DNA of 64,000 bases, from contig OZ024747.1 of NCBI GenBank assembly GCA_964016885.1, positions 44,392,001 through 44,456,000 of the forward strand, given 5' to 3'. The translations under genes and the position numbers were made by a program. Below the pieces are notes generated by a model. The model was not told the origin of the DNA. It made no database searches and saw only the letters and a program-made list of their open reading frames with translations. Of the stretch, positions 35,133-47,771 are shown piece after piece. Positions within the stretch are counted from its first letter, which is position 1. Each line of letters opens with the position of its first letter. The stretch comes from Eledone cirrhosa (taxonomy: Eukaryota).

Positions 35133-35492
35133 TTAAGGATGCTAAGAAGAAGAAAAGATGAATATATATAAGATGCTTTGCTAAAGAAGAAGGGCCATCT
35201 AAATGTTTAGACATACAGAAACTGTTGTCGGTGTTAATAGCAATTTAGTGGTGAATTACTGAATTGTGTTGGTGTGCATGGCTTTGTCCAGCTGCTTTTT
35301 GAATATAATCAAGATAAATGAATATACTTAGTTGCATTATCTGATATTTACGTACAATTTAAGTACAATTTAATTATCTACATACATTTTGGTTGTAATT
35401 AACAATATCAAATTTGAAATCCCCATTAATGATTTTCAACTTGATTGTAGCTTGAGTATCCCTACAAGTGAAAGAGCTATACCAGCAACTAG

Positions 35493-35793
35493 TTTAGTGA
35501 AGAAGGAAGAGCAATGACCATGACCTTCACATAATGGTTTAGTGAAGAGGGAAGAGCAAAGACCATGACCTTCACGTAATGGCTTAGTGAAGAGGGAAGA
35601 GCAAAGACCATGACCTTCACGTGATGGTTTAGTGAAGAGGGAAGAGCAAAGACCATGACCTTCACGTAATGGCTTAGTGAAGAGGGAAGAGCAAAGACCA
35701 TGACCTTCACGTGATGGTTTAGTGAAGAGGGAAGAGCAAAGACCATGACCTTCACGTAATGGCTTAGTGAAGAGGGAAGAGCAATGGCCATGA
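35493..35793. repeat. 45-bp minisatellite with 90-bp higher-order alternation
   Basis: Unit AGTGAAGAGGGAAGAGCAAAGACCATGACCTTCACGTRATGGYTT, about 6.5 copies. Confidence 0.95.
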
Positions 35794-36484
35794 TCCTCCC
35801 TCCAATGTTGGTGAGATTGATCTGCCCTCTGAGATTTATAGGATTGATGCAACTGATCTTCGGTTTGAACATTCTATGATGAGAGAAGAGATTGGGTTAG
35901 TGGGGTCCCTGAAGGTGCAAAACAGTGATGAGAAGAGGAAAGGCTGGTGTACTCAGCAGGCTTGGACCTAGGTGTATTCAGCTACAGCTAACTAGTTCAG
36001 AAGCCCAGCAGTCAATATAGTACCTAGAGGAGATAGTACATCTGAAAGTCAGAGTTTGTTGTGTATTATTGGTGAGTAGAGTTTTGTGAATCAGTTGAGG
36101 GGCTTTCTTTTAGACGTAGTGTAACACATTTGATTGTGTAGTAGCAGTACCATACTAGATATAAGAACAGAATTCCATTGTGTGTCTTCATTAGGTTTTG
36201 TAGAGAGTCAATAGCTGATAACAGCTGAATTCATAGCTCTGGATGCAGTTTTTGCTATGCTATGACTATAATATTAATATTAATAGAAATATTAATAAGA
36301 TTAATATTAATAGAAATGTTAATAAGATTGATATTAATAGAAATATTAATTAAAAAAAGCTGTCATGTGATCACAGCTTAAAATAGTTATAGCAAGATTT
36401 ATATATGTATATTATATATAAATATATTATATATACCTTTATATACACCTCTATTTATTATAAATCCAACTATGTTATTAGTGG

Positions 36485-36760
36485 GGGAACATAGCTTAGT
36501 GGTAAGGGTGTTGGACTTATGATCATAATGTCGTGGGCTCGATTCCTTGGCTGGGTTGGGTGTTGTGTTCTTGAGCAAAATACTTCATTTCACATTGCCT
36601 CTGTATACTCAGCTGAAAATGAGTACCAGCAATAGCTGTGAGTTTAACCATGCAATTGACTGGTGTTCTGTCCATGGCGGTCTTGTACTTTCAGTCACTT
36701 CACGCTACGAAACCGAGATAAGCATCAGCCTGATGAGCCTCATAGCATAACACAGACTTT
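36485..36760 (+). mobile_element. tRNA-derived SINE (CORE-like plus Nin/Deu-like 3' domain)
   Basis: A-box TAGCTTAGTGG, B-box GGCTCGATTCC, TTGAGCAAAATACTTCATTTCAC, then GCTACGAAACCGAGATAAGC...CCTGATGAGCC. Confidence 0.65.
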
Positions 36761-38279
36761 AAACTGGACTTAGACTATGTTAGTGCTACTGCAAATTAAT
36801 GATTATGAGAATGTCAAATAAGATCAGTGTATGCGAAGCTTAGCATTTGTAGCGGTGCGAAAGTTGTATGTTGTTCAAGACTAGACAGAGTGTGGCAATA
36901 AGATTGTTTCTTTGATATGTACAGCAACTGTGTCTGTGAACAGCTGAAGGATACACAATTGTAATGTAACTAATGGAGAATGTTTTCAAGTTGCTGCACT
37001 ATCAATATCTTCATACTTTCAAAATGTATAGATAAAGTAAAATTTATATTTCTTCCATAAATATTATTTGCAGTATGTCTAAAAAACACATGCATGTTAA
37101 CCCTTTCAGCATAGTCTATTATTTTCAAATAATTTTGAAATTAATTAAGAACTTGGAAGGGTTTAATAATATAACGTTCTCATTATTGAGATGGTGTTTG
37201 AAACATAGCATGACAAAGGTTCTTACATAGAATTATGATGGTAGGTTTTTAGATAAATATAAACATTTATGATGGAAGATTTGTAGAATAAAATATAAAA
37301 TAGGCAGTTTAGTATCCTAGAACCAGCAGCAGTTTCAGGCAGGTATCAGAAGAGTTAAAGAATATCTAACAGTTTTCACTTTTAGCCTTTTAACAATATA
37401 CATTAACAACCAGCTTTGTTACACTTTTTGTTATGCTGAATCTCCCTGAGAGTTACATTAAATGTACACATGTTGATGGAGGTTCAACACAGTACAACCT
37501 TTGAAAATATAAGCAGCGAAGAATAGAATAAACAGTTGAAAAGGATATTTCAAAGTGAGTGAAACAATATCATAATTAGATGTATTGAATATTTGTTTAT
37601 GGGAGGAAAACGCTATAGTTTAGATATATGATATTTATGGATGACATACATTCTATGAGAGGTATTTGATAGCAATCAGTGCAAAATTTAATATAATTAA
37701 GATTACACTATCATGCCCTACTAGGTTTTAATAAGGGGTTAATTATCATGTCCTACTAAATTCTAATATTGTTTGTTGAACATGAAAAAAGAAACAGAAA
37801 AAATTGCAATATGATATTACACACAGAGAAAAATATACAGAAATGAGTGTAAAATGAAACATTTAAAAATGAAGTTCACAGAATAGAGCTGGTTTGATTA
37901 AATATCATGATATATGAGATAGTGCACTTACTGGAAGTTGCTAAAATTAAATGAAAGATAACTTGTATTCTTTCTCTTTGTAAGATTCTTAAGCAGGCAA
38001 AACACTCAAAAGGCGTTCTCTGTGATGATTACCATGTAGAGTTAATAGGTAATTTGACTGTTTTACCTTCTTGTTTCAAAGGTCTCCTAAGTCAGAAGGT
38101 TCTTTGGTAGAGAATTAGAGCAATATCAAAACAATTCCTCTTGGTGTGAGCATCTTCGAAAAGTGAAAACTTACCTGAAAGTAAATACATATAGCAATAA
38201 GAACATGTATTATTCAGTTAAACTATACTTAACATAATATAATAATAGAAAATAATTCATTCATTACCTGTTTTGTTAA

Positions 38280-38859
38280 CCCTTTCGTTACCAAATGTTT
38301 AATGAAAGACACAGCTAATGTGTTTCAAATGCTTTCAAAAATAACCAAGAATTTAAATGGATTTAGTAAAAATACCTCACTTTCTCATTGTTAATCTAGT
38401 GTTCAGAACGTAACTTAACAAAATATGCTTACATATAATTATGAAGGAAGGTCTTCTTCTTCTTTGCCAACTTATTCTTGAGAGAGTTGTGAGTCATATA
38501 TCCTGATGGGAGACTTCAATGCACTTGTTGGCACTGACCACCTGGCATGGAAAAGAGTGATTGGAAGGAACGGCGACCCCCAATCTAAATACAAATGGAG
38601 AGGCCTTGCTAGACTTCTGTTCTAGCAATTGACTCTTTATTATGAACACATTCTTCCAGCACAGAGACATTCATAAATATACATGGTATCAGGGGAATCA
38701 GGGATAGAGATCAATAATTGATTTTGTTATTATCACTGATACTTGTGCTGGATGTTAGTGTTATGAAGGAAGGTTGTAATTTAAATAAAGACAATTTAAA
38801 ATGAAATGTTTTATATCATAGAATCATGGACAGTCTCAGGCAGGTTGGCTTTGAAAGGG
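38280..38859. mobile_element. piggyBac-like MITE family A copy interrupted by an RTE insertion
   Basis: TTAA(38276-79)-CCCTTTC ... GAAAGGG-TTAA(38860-63). Confidence 0.7.
38453..38760. mobile_element. RTE insertion with inverted structure and 14-bp TSD
   Basis: TSD TTATGAAGGAAGGT at 38439-52 and 38761-74. Minus-oriented (GAA)n tail and 3' end (matching 41624-41670) fused to plus-oriented APE coding sequence ILMGDFNALVG...LLDFC...MNTFFQHRDIHKYTWY...RSIIDFVI. Confidence 0.85.
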
Positions 38860-39908
38860 TTAAATCAGACGTTTTTCTTCAATACTGAGCAAATTGCTGT
38901 TAGTGAATTGAAAAAAAAAAGAAAGAAAACAAAAAGGAATGCAAAATTCAGGTCATCTTTTTTGCACTTTTTAGTAAAGCTAACATAACAAAATTACACC
39001 TAACATTGAAAACGACCAAATTGATTGATTTTACAGTTTTCCTTATGCATGGCTTTCAGTAATTCACACATCAAACATATAAAAGATGGGAAGATTTGGT
39101 TTCATTCAAATTCTTTTATTCTCGCCAAATATTTGTGTATGAGTTAGGTGTAATACAAATGTTAAAAATATTAGATTAGATGGAATCACATATAGTTGAA
39201 TTTAGCAAACTGCATGTCAGTAAGATGGTGTTTCTTTAGGCATGATATACAAGTAGAGTTCTGAATAACAACATTAATTGGATAGCTTTGAAAATATTTT
39301 AAAACAATTAGGCACAAGCTTTTACTATTTTCTAATCTTGTTTCCACAATTCTCAATAAAAATCATGGAACTTATATCTTGTTAGTGCAGTTCTTAATAC
39401 TTCTGACTTTATCAATTCTATTTCTTGGCTTATCTTAATTAATTCTCTTTCAAGCTCAGATTGTGCATGCAATAATCATTATTTGCTTCAATCCAAATGT
39501 AGCAAGTCAAAATGTCTAACTGAAATATGAAACACTATCTCAGAAAATATGTCATGTTATCTATATTTTCTACATAAATAGAAATCTCTAAAGACTACAA
39601 AGATGTAGATTTTTAGAAATTGTTTCTATTAATGCTTGCTTAAAGAATCTAAAGAATAATTGTTTCTACTTTAGGCACAAGGCCAGCAATTAGCCAGTGC
39701 ATTACTGGTACTTTATTTTATCGACCCCGTAAGGATGAAAGGCAAAACAATGTTTCACTTCAGTCTCAATACTTGACAAGTAATACTATAGAATAAATAA
39801 CAAATACATTTTATAATCACATACACAAATGAAATAAACAGAATCAAACCATACAATGTGTTTTCATCAGTAGTATTTATCAACAAGTGATAAACTCTAC
39901 TGACTTAA

Positions 39909-40321
39909 CTCTTAATATCCTGTACCACATGAAACGGCATTAACAAGATATTCTTGAAAAGTATAAAACATCACAATGACTACATCACATAAAAATTCTT
40001 TAGTATAAGATTGCAAAGTACAAAACTGTACTATGACTGTATCCCATAAAAAAGTAGTCTTTACTCTAATACTACACATCTGTCCACTAGTAAAGATACT
40101 TTAAACATTTGAATTAACAAACTACATGGAACCACATAAACAAGACATTCTTGAAAAGTAAGAAACATCACTTTGACTGCATCCCATTAAAAATTGAAGT
40201 CTTTTCTCTAATACTGCAAACTTTCACAACAATATACCAACTAGCAAAGATTCTATAAAAATTTGAATGAACAAACCTGTTTTTAGATATTTTCTGCTAA
40301 ATCATTACAGGATATTGAGAA
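39909..40321. mobile_element. piggyBac-like MITE family B
   Basis: TTAA-CTCTTAATATCCTGTA ... TACAGGATATTGAGAA-TTAA with internal duplication. Related pieces at about 60-270, 14400-14560, 44360-44810 and 45600-45786. Confidence 0.6.
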
Positions 40322-40450
40322 TTAAGACAGTGGGGCAAAATCATTTATGCCTTTCCAAGGGGTATTACACAAGTAAGTGAAACAGCTAGAATAAGGAATC
40401 ATGCCTAGATTGAAGACACCTAAAATGTTGACAGTCATTATTTGCTAAAG

Positions 40451-40570
40451 TCTGAGTTCAAATCCCGCCGAGGTTAACTTTGCCTTTCATCCTTACGGGG
40501 TTGATAAAATAAAGTACCAGTAATGTACTGAATAATTGCTGGCCTTGTGCCTAAACTAGAAACAATTATT
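40451..40570 (+). mobile_element. 5'-truncated Meta/MESC-type SINE (inverted partner fragment at 39655-39746)
   Basis: TCTGAGTTCAAATCCCGCCGAGGTTAACTTTGCCTTTCATCC... Confidence 0.75.
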
Positions 40571-41623
40571 TGCTAAATAAATTACAAATAAGTTCTAAAC
40601 TTGAAAGAATAAATATTGTAAGACAAGTGCCCTCGCATGGCTTCAGTCTCATGGCTGAATCCAGTAAGTGCTGGGGTTAATACGATTAACTAAATCCCTT
40701 CAAGGTGGGTGTTCTAACATGGCCACAGTCTAATAATTGAAACCAGTAACAGATTCAAAGAAGAATATCTGGATAATTCAGTAAAATTTGGATAAAAAAT
40801 AGATCTGGAATCAGTTATGGAGATGGATTGAAAATCAGCTGGATGACTGTTCTTTGGAAAAAGCCAGCAAAATCTATGTTTGTAATATATCTTGAATGTG
40901 CTCAGTAAAAGGTTTGGGCTCCACTTGTGCCTCGTATTCAGTCATCAACTTTTCAAATTTAAAGTAAAATCTATCTAGTATTGAAGAGATGGCTTAGTTT
41001 TTGAGATGATGGTGGAACTTGTAGATATTGTTTCTAGTAACAATGGTAGCAAATAGAGTTACTAATTAAAAAAAAAACAAAAATATCAGCAAGTGAAAAA
41101 GTTATAAACAAGAAATATACATCATGATCTTCATTGTTTAATATCTGCTTTCCCTGCTAGTAAAATAACATATGTATAAAATGTTGGTGATGATGACACA
41201 CACAAGCACACACAAGCACACATGTTACTTATCTAAAAATGTTCCACAAAACTTAGACTAGCTCCTGTCATAAGAGTTTTCTCCCTTGCTTGCTTCTTTG
41301 AAGGATTTTGAAGGACTCCAATGCAAGTTTGAGCCTTGTAATTATGAGAACAGTCTCAGTTGAATGAATTTTTTTTTTCTACTTACTTTATTTCTGTGTG
41401 TGTTGATGTATACACATACACTCATGCTCTCTGCCACACACACCACAAATCTTGGGCTTCCACACTACTTTAGCCTACCAAATTTCACTCACAAGACATT
41501 GACTATCCTGATGTATGAAGCAAACATTTTAACCATCATAATACCAGCATCTTTCCATGCTTGCACTTTCTAAAGTCAACTAAAAATGATCTTAGAAATG
41601 ACTTAGAAGATTATTTCTGGATG

Positions 41624-42402
41624 CTTCTTCTTCTTCTCTTCTTCTCCCACTTATTCCTGAGAGGGTCATGGAGGCAGAGTCCTCAAACATGCCTTTCAGG
41701 GGTCCTGTCTGTAGCAACCATCTCCAATTGAGCCAGCCGGATTCCCAAGCAGGACCAGCCAAGCTCATGGATGTTATCTAATCATTTTGCTTGAGATCTA
41801 CCCCTGGGTCTGCTGCCAGTTGGTTTTGGCCATAAAATCTGTCTAGAGATTCAGTTATGCACTCTATCAAGTAACATTAATCCAAAGACCCTTTGGAGGA
41901 AACACATTTGAGCTGCTTCTATTTGCAATCATATTCTTTCAGTCATTACTCAAATACATGACCATAGGTAAGGGATGGCACAAATACCGAATTGAAGATA
42001 GTGAATTTTGCTTTTACACCTATCTCCATTCTTCTGTTGACCAAATGCTGTAGCTGGTGCAGTAGTACACCAGCTCCTGCGATTCTTGCATTTATTTCAG
42101 CCCCCTGCCTTTCACCACTCATGAGCATAGCCCCAACCTACTTCAGTGGAACTCCATTCACACATAGAGTGCACTATACATGTTTTTTTTTTTTGAGAGG
42201 ATGAGTATTTCATTTCAGTCTTCGCAGTACTGATTTTCATTCCAGGCATGCATCAAACCTATCAAGTGCACATTGCAAATTCCAGCTAACTGGTCATGAT
42301 ACCCCTTCCAACTTAGTTGCCCATTTTAATCCTGTTCATGAAGACTATGAAAAAGAGAGGTGACAGTATGCACCCTTGGTGGAGTCTCACTCCCACATTG
42401 AA
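41624..42402 (-). mobile_element. Degenerate RTE-clade LINE fragment with (GAA)n tail
   Basis: Translation NVGVRLHQGCILSPLFFIVFMNRI (RT motif 4) and EINARIAGAG...FNSVFVPSLTYGH. Confidence 0.8.
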
Positions 42403-42984
42403 TGCTAATTTTAAAAAAACTAAAGAAAGTACATAAATATATAAATAAATGGCTAATTAACATTGGTTAAGAACAGATAAGTATAATTATTTGATTGATT
42501 TAATTTGTCTTGTTTTCTTATAACATGTGTTTTTCTCAATTTCAATGAATAATTAATTCTATTTATAGCAAACATTACTTACTATGTATAATAATTAATT
42601 TTTATCTGAAGTAACTATATAAATTTTTATTCACTTGAACACAGTTTGATAATTTAGATAGGAAATGAAGAGAAAAAAATCTGTATATTGTAAATCAAAA
42701 TTTACTTTAATTTCCTCCAGTTTAAAAAAAACAAACTTCTTTTAATTCATTCTGATTCATCTTAAATTTATGATCTATGATCTATTGAAGGAGGAAGAGG
42801 AGGAGTGTCAGGAGTAGAAGGGGGAGGAAGAATGGCAAGAGAAAGAGGAGTAGAGTACAAAAGTGAAATGCTAAATCTTTCATGACTGAAACAGTATTGT
42901 CTTATTGTGGAAAAAAAAATGATCAACAAATAATAATGATTTTTCTTGTTCAGTGTGCCATTGTGAGGGGGATAAGAGAATAAG

Positions 42985-43640
42985 AGCAAGAAAGAAAGAA
43001 TGTAATTTTTAAAATATTAGAATATGACAAAAAGAAAAAAAATGTTCTTTATCAAAAAAAAAAAAGATAATAATGATAGAATAGGAAGAAGAATGAAAAA
43101 AAAAATAAAAGAGAAAATGGAACGATGATAAAATAAAAGAAAAACATACCTCCCGAGAGAAAAAAAATGTATGAAAGAATTTGTGAGAGAAAAAGGAAAG
43201 AAAGAAAAAGTAAAAAAAAAGTAAGTACGAATGACTGAAAGAAAGGAAAAAGAATGAATGAAAGAAAAAATAGTGATAAAAGATGAAATGGTTAAAAGAA
43301 AAAATGAATGGGTGAGATAATATATATATATAAGCAATGAATGAATGTGTGAAAGAAGACAGAGAGAAGACAGAAGAGATGGGACAACAGTAAGACAAAA
43401 AAGATGGAAAACAAAAGAAAGAGGACAGGAGAAGACAGGTAAAAATAGAAGACGAAAGAAGGCGACAGACGAAGAAGATAGAGGAAGATGGAGCTAGAGA
43501 AAGAAGAAAATAGAGGAAGAAGATAACACTAACAGAGGAAGAAGATAACACTAACAGAGGAAGAAGATAACTCTAACAGAGGAAGAAGATAACTCTAGCA
43601 GAGGAAGTAAAGAGAGAGTAAAGACGTGAGGAAATGAAGA
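42985..43640. repeat. A/G-rich low-complexity tract ending in a 22-bp repeat (x4)
   Basis: AGAGGAAGAAGATAACWCTAAC at 43512, 43534, 43556 and 43578. Confidence 0.85.
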
Positions 43641-43759
43641 CCTTATAAGACTAGTTCGATGTTTTATACCCCACAGGTAATATGAGAAACACCAACGTAT
43701 GTAATACGTATTATTCTAGATATAAACTTGTTTTATGTCATAACAATGGATGGATGTAA

Positions 43760-44350
43760 ATAATTGTTTCTACTTTTGGCACAAACCCAGCAATTATCCC
43801 AATGCATTACTGGTACATTATTTTATCGACCCCGTAAAGATGAGAGGCAAAGTTAACCTCGGCAGAATTTGAATTCAGGTCATAAAGGGACGTAACTCTA
43901 TGCTGCAAAGCAGGGTGTCCAACACTCTACCGATTCTGCCAATCCACCGCCCAGTATATTACTGGTACTGTATTTGCTTGACCCTCAGAAGGTTGAAAGG
44001 CAAAGCTGACCTCAGCAGAATTTGGAATCAGAATGTATGGCAACATAATTAAATACAACAATGTATTTTGACCAGTATTCTAACAACAGCAACAACAACA
44101 TCAACAGCAACAATTCTTTCTAGCATTGGCACAAGATCAGCAATTTGTGGGGAAGAGGAAAGTTGATTGTATCAACCCAATTACTTAACTGGTACTTTAT
44201 TTTACTGTCCTCTGAAGGATGAAAGGCAAAGTTGACCTCAGAGGGATTAGAAGTCAGAACATAAAGAGCAAATGTTGTATAGAATGTGTAAAGACCTAGA
44301 ACAAATGATGCAAAGCAATTTGTTCAACTCTCTAGCAATTCTGCCAATTC
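43760..44350 (-). mobile_element. Cluster of three Meta/MESC-type SINE copies
   Basis: Core repeated at about 43760-43951, 43952-44080 and 44112-44350. Confidence 0.75.
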
Positions 44351-45199
44351 AATGTCTTTTAATTCTGAATGTCCTGTACCACACAGAACTACATTAGCAA
44401 GACATTCTTCAAAAATACACAACACCACTATGGCTGCATGACATTTATAAATGAAAGTCATCATTATCATCATCATCATCATCGTTTAATGTCTATCTTC
44501 CACGCTAGCATGGGTTAGATGGGAGCTGTCCCAATTTGAGGCAAGATTGATCGGGTGACATTGTCTCGCTAATATAGGACTATCTGGCAGGTTTTCTATG
44601 GCTGGATGCCCTTCCTAACACCAACCACATTTACAGTGTGGACTGGGAACTTTTTACCATGTTACCTACAAGGCCACATTACAGTGTGAAAGTCTTTACA
44701 CTAATACTGCTCAATTTCACAATGATCTGTTTACTAGTTAAGATATTATAAACATTTGAATTAACAAACCTGGTTTTTGTTTATTTTAGATATTTTCTAT
44801 TTAATCATGTTTGGTTGATTACCAAAGGAGTGATTCATGCATAGTTATGCAATGTTATTTTTATTTCTCTCCTGCACCCCACCTATCTTCCTCACCTTTA
44901 CAATATGCTACTCTGAGCTGGTATTTATCACAGTTTCCAAAGTACTATGTTCTTTTTTAGGTTATCAGAGTCATCACACATCTTTATCTCAGCACTTCAG
45001 GCTAGCAAAAGACACATCAATTACATATGATGCTTGCAGCTATGTATCTTCGAATTCATTTATATCAAAGTGGAATGGAGATGTACATGTTAGTAATTTT
45101 TCGCTATACAGAATGTATAGTGCCAAAGATAGGATAAAGGCTCTTAACCCTTTGGTTGTGAGACAATTGGTAGCATGATTGAATTAATACCTAATATTA

Positions 45200-45598
45200 A
45201 GGCACATGGCTTAGTGGTTAGAGCATTGGTCTTGCAATCGAAAGACTGTGAGTTCAATTCTCAGACCAGGTGATGTGTTGTTTCCTTGAGCAAAGCATTT
45301 TATTCCACATTGCTCCAGTTTCCTCAGCTGTAGACGTGAGATGATAGGACTGGGGTCCCTATCATTCCACTGCAAAGTGGTCGTGCAGGTGCCACAACAA
45401 AAAAAGCACCCAGCACTCACTGTAAATGAGGTTGGTGTTAGGAAGGGCATCCAGCTGTAGAAAACAAGCCAGAATTAGTTCCCGTATGTGCAAGACAAGG
45501 TCAGCCGACCGGACACTGCCCATAACAGGACAACCAGTCTAACCCATGCTAGCGTGGAAGAATGGATGTAAAACGGTGATGATGATGATGACGATGAT
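45200..45598 (+). mobile_element. Full-length CORE-type SINE with RTE-derived tail
   Basis: GGCACATGGCTTAGTGGTTAGAGC (A-box), GAGTTCAATTCTC (B-box), CORE-like domain, tail homologous to the LINE 3' UTR, (GAT)n end. Confidence 0.88.
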
Positions 45599-46252
45599 CC
45601 TGTAACGTTTTAGTAGAAAATATCTAAAAACGACATTGTTAACTCAAATGTTTATAGTTACTTTATTAGTGGAGAGATCATTGTGAACATTTGAAGTAAA
45701 CTAAAGTAAACCCCTTCATTTTAACGCAGTGGTGTTTTGTGTCTTTTGCTAATGTAGCTTCATGTGGTACAGGATATTAAAAGTTAAACAACATTCTATA
45801 TAATTCTAAGTAATAATATAGCTACAGCTGTAAATATTCTAAAATTGCAACAATGATGATGGATGATGAAGAGGAGGGTGGTGATGACAATGATGATGAT
45901 GTATATATGTATCATTATAGATATTTCTATTTAATTAATTTCATAAGAGAATTAAAAGTAAATTAGAATTAACATCCATTATGTTATGAAAGATTGTAAA
46001 CATATATCAAGATTATAGTTGTAAGCATTGAAAATTAAACTTAAATCTTCAAATTGATTGATGGAAATCTAAAACAAGCCATTTATAAATTCAAGTTCAA
46101 AAATAATTTTATAGAAATCCAGAACACACACACACACACATACACACATACACACACACACAAACTAACAATCAAAGACACAAGTATATTTATATATACT
46201 TATGCACATACAAACTTGTACTTGTGAGCAGAGATGCCCCCCCCCCTCCTTG

Positions 46253-46284
<32 letters not shown>

Positions 46285-47254
46285 AATAGGCAAGAGCAAA
46301 CTTGGAAAATTGTATGAATTGATAAACTATAAAAGATTCAAGTCTTTTATTCTGTGAGATATGAATTCCTGGATGAAATTAATGAGATTATATCTGAACA
46401 TAGGTGGTATCTTAAACACAATCGTATTAACATAGCTGTGCCATTTTGTTACAGTACTAATATATATTAGAAAGCTGCTGAGAAGCAGTGCAGGAATTAA
46501 TTCTAAATTTGTTGGAATCTTATAAAGATTGATAAATCTTGGAGCACAATGGTAGAGTGAGTAATCAAATTATATATTAAAAATATCAGACATATGTAAG
46601 AATATGAACGACTATGTCTATGTCTACATTGATATATACCAAACAACCAGCAGAGATATTGGCAGTTGCTATCTAGTCAGCAGGATTACATTGTATTCAT
46701 GGTCAAAACATTTAACCTTCAACTAGACTAATCTACTCAAGTGATACAGAGTAAGAGTAACAATAACATTGGCAAGTAATTTGTCAGTTTGTAAATCTGA
46801 GTTCAACATCTTCTATAGGTGAATCCATGGTAAAATAAATTTAAAAAATACAAAATACAAAACAAAAGCTACTCCAGTCCTAAGTCATGAATCAGAATCC
46901 TGTAATTGTCTGCATCAGTATTGGCATTAAATACAGAGTCTAATTCTAAACTTTGGTTAGTACATGGCGGCTGAATTACTACATACAGTTCGCACTCATT
47001 AAACTTATCATGCACTGACGTCAATCACCAAATGGGATGTCTTAATTAACTATCACAGACTCTGTGGGGGAAATATGTAAGTTACATCATTTACATTATA
47101 CAACATACATAAAATCAGATGTACAAAACCTGAGGCAATTGAATAGAATTGTAAGTTAACCCGTTAGCAATTGCATTAACTCTATATTTACCCTCACTTA
47201 ATTATCTCACAGAACATCGAATCTATGAGATTTTGATATTTATTTTGATATTTA

Positions 47255-47620
47255 TTTCATCTAGATCAATTCGTTTTCTGATTAGTTGCGCTATTACTTT
47301 TTCTGTGACCTTCATGACCTGGTCGATTAATTTAATGCCTCCATAGTTACCCCTATCAAGAGCATCTCCTTTACCCTTGTAGCAGTTAATGATGATGCTG
47401 CTACGCCAGTCCTTCAGAACGGCCCCATTCTGTATGACTTGGTTTACTATCCGGGTGACCATAGTGTGTCCCACCGTTCCAGATGCTTTCAGCATTTCAG
47501 CAACTATTTCCGAAAGCCCAGCCGCCTTACCCGTCTTCATATCTTTGATTGCCTTACTTATTATACTACCTTCAACTAGCACTGCTGGTCCCTCTATTGG
47601 ATCGATGTGGGGGAGACTGT
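47255..47620 (-). mobile_element. Internal RTE LINE fragment (RT N-terminal region)
   Basis: [17 protein letters not shown]...GKAAG...[19 protein letters not shown]...IDLDE. Nearly the same as 54700-55060. Confidence 0.9.
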
Positions 47621-47701
47621 ATATTCATATATATATATATACATACATATTCATATATATACATATATATATATATGTGTGTATATACATATATATATAT
47701 A

Positions 47702-47747
<46 letters not shown>

Positions 47748-47771
47748 ATATATATATATTCATATACAATT

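Noticed and set aside
36705-36750. GAAAC...CTGATGAG in the SINE 3' region as a permuted hammerhead
   Set aside because: Required stems and NUH geometry absent; fits the Nin/Deu-like SINE domain instead.
45200-45275. tRNA gene
   Set aside because: tRNA-like head continues directly into SINE body and LINE tail, so it is a SINE.
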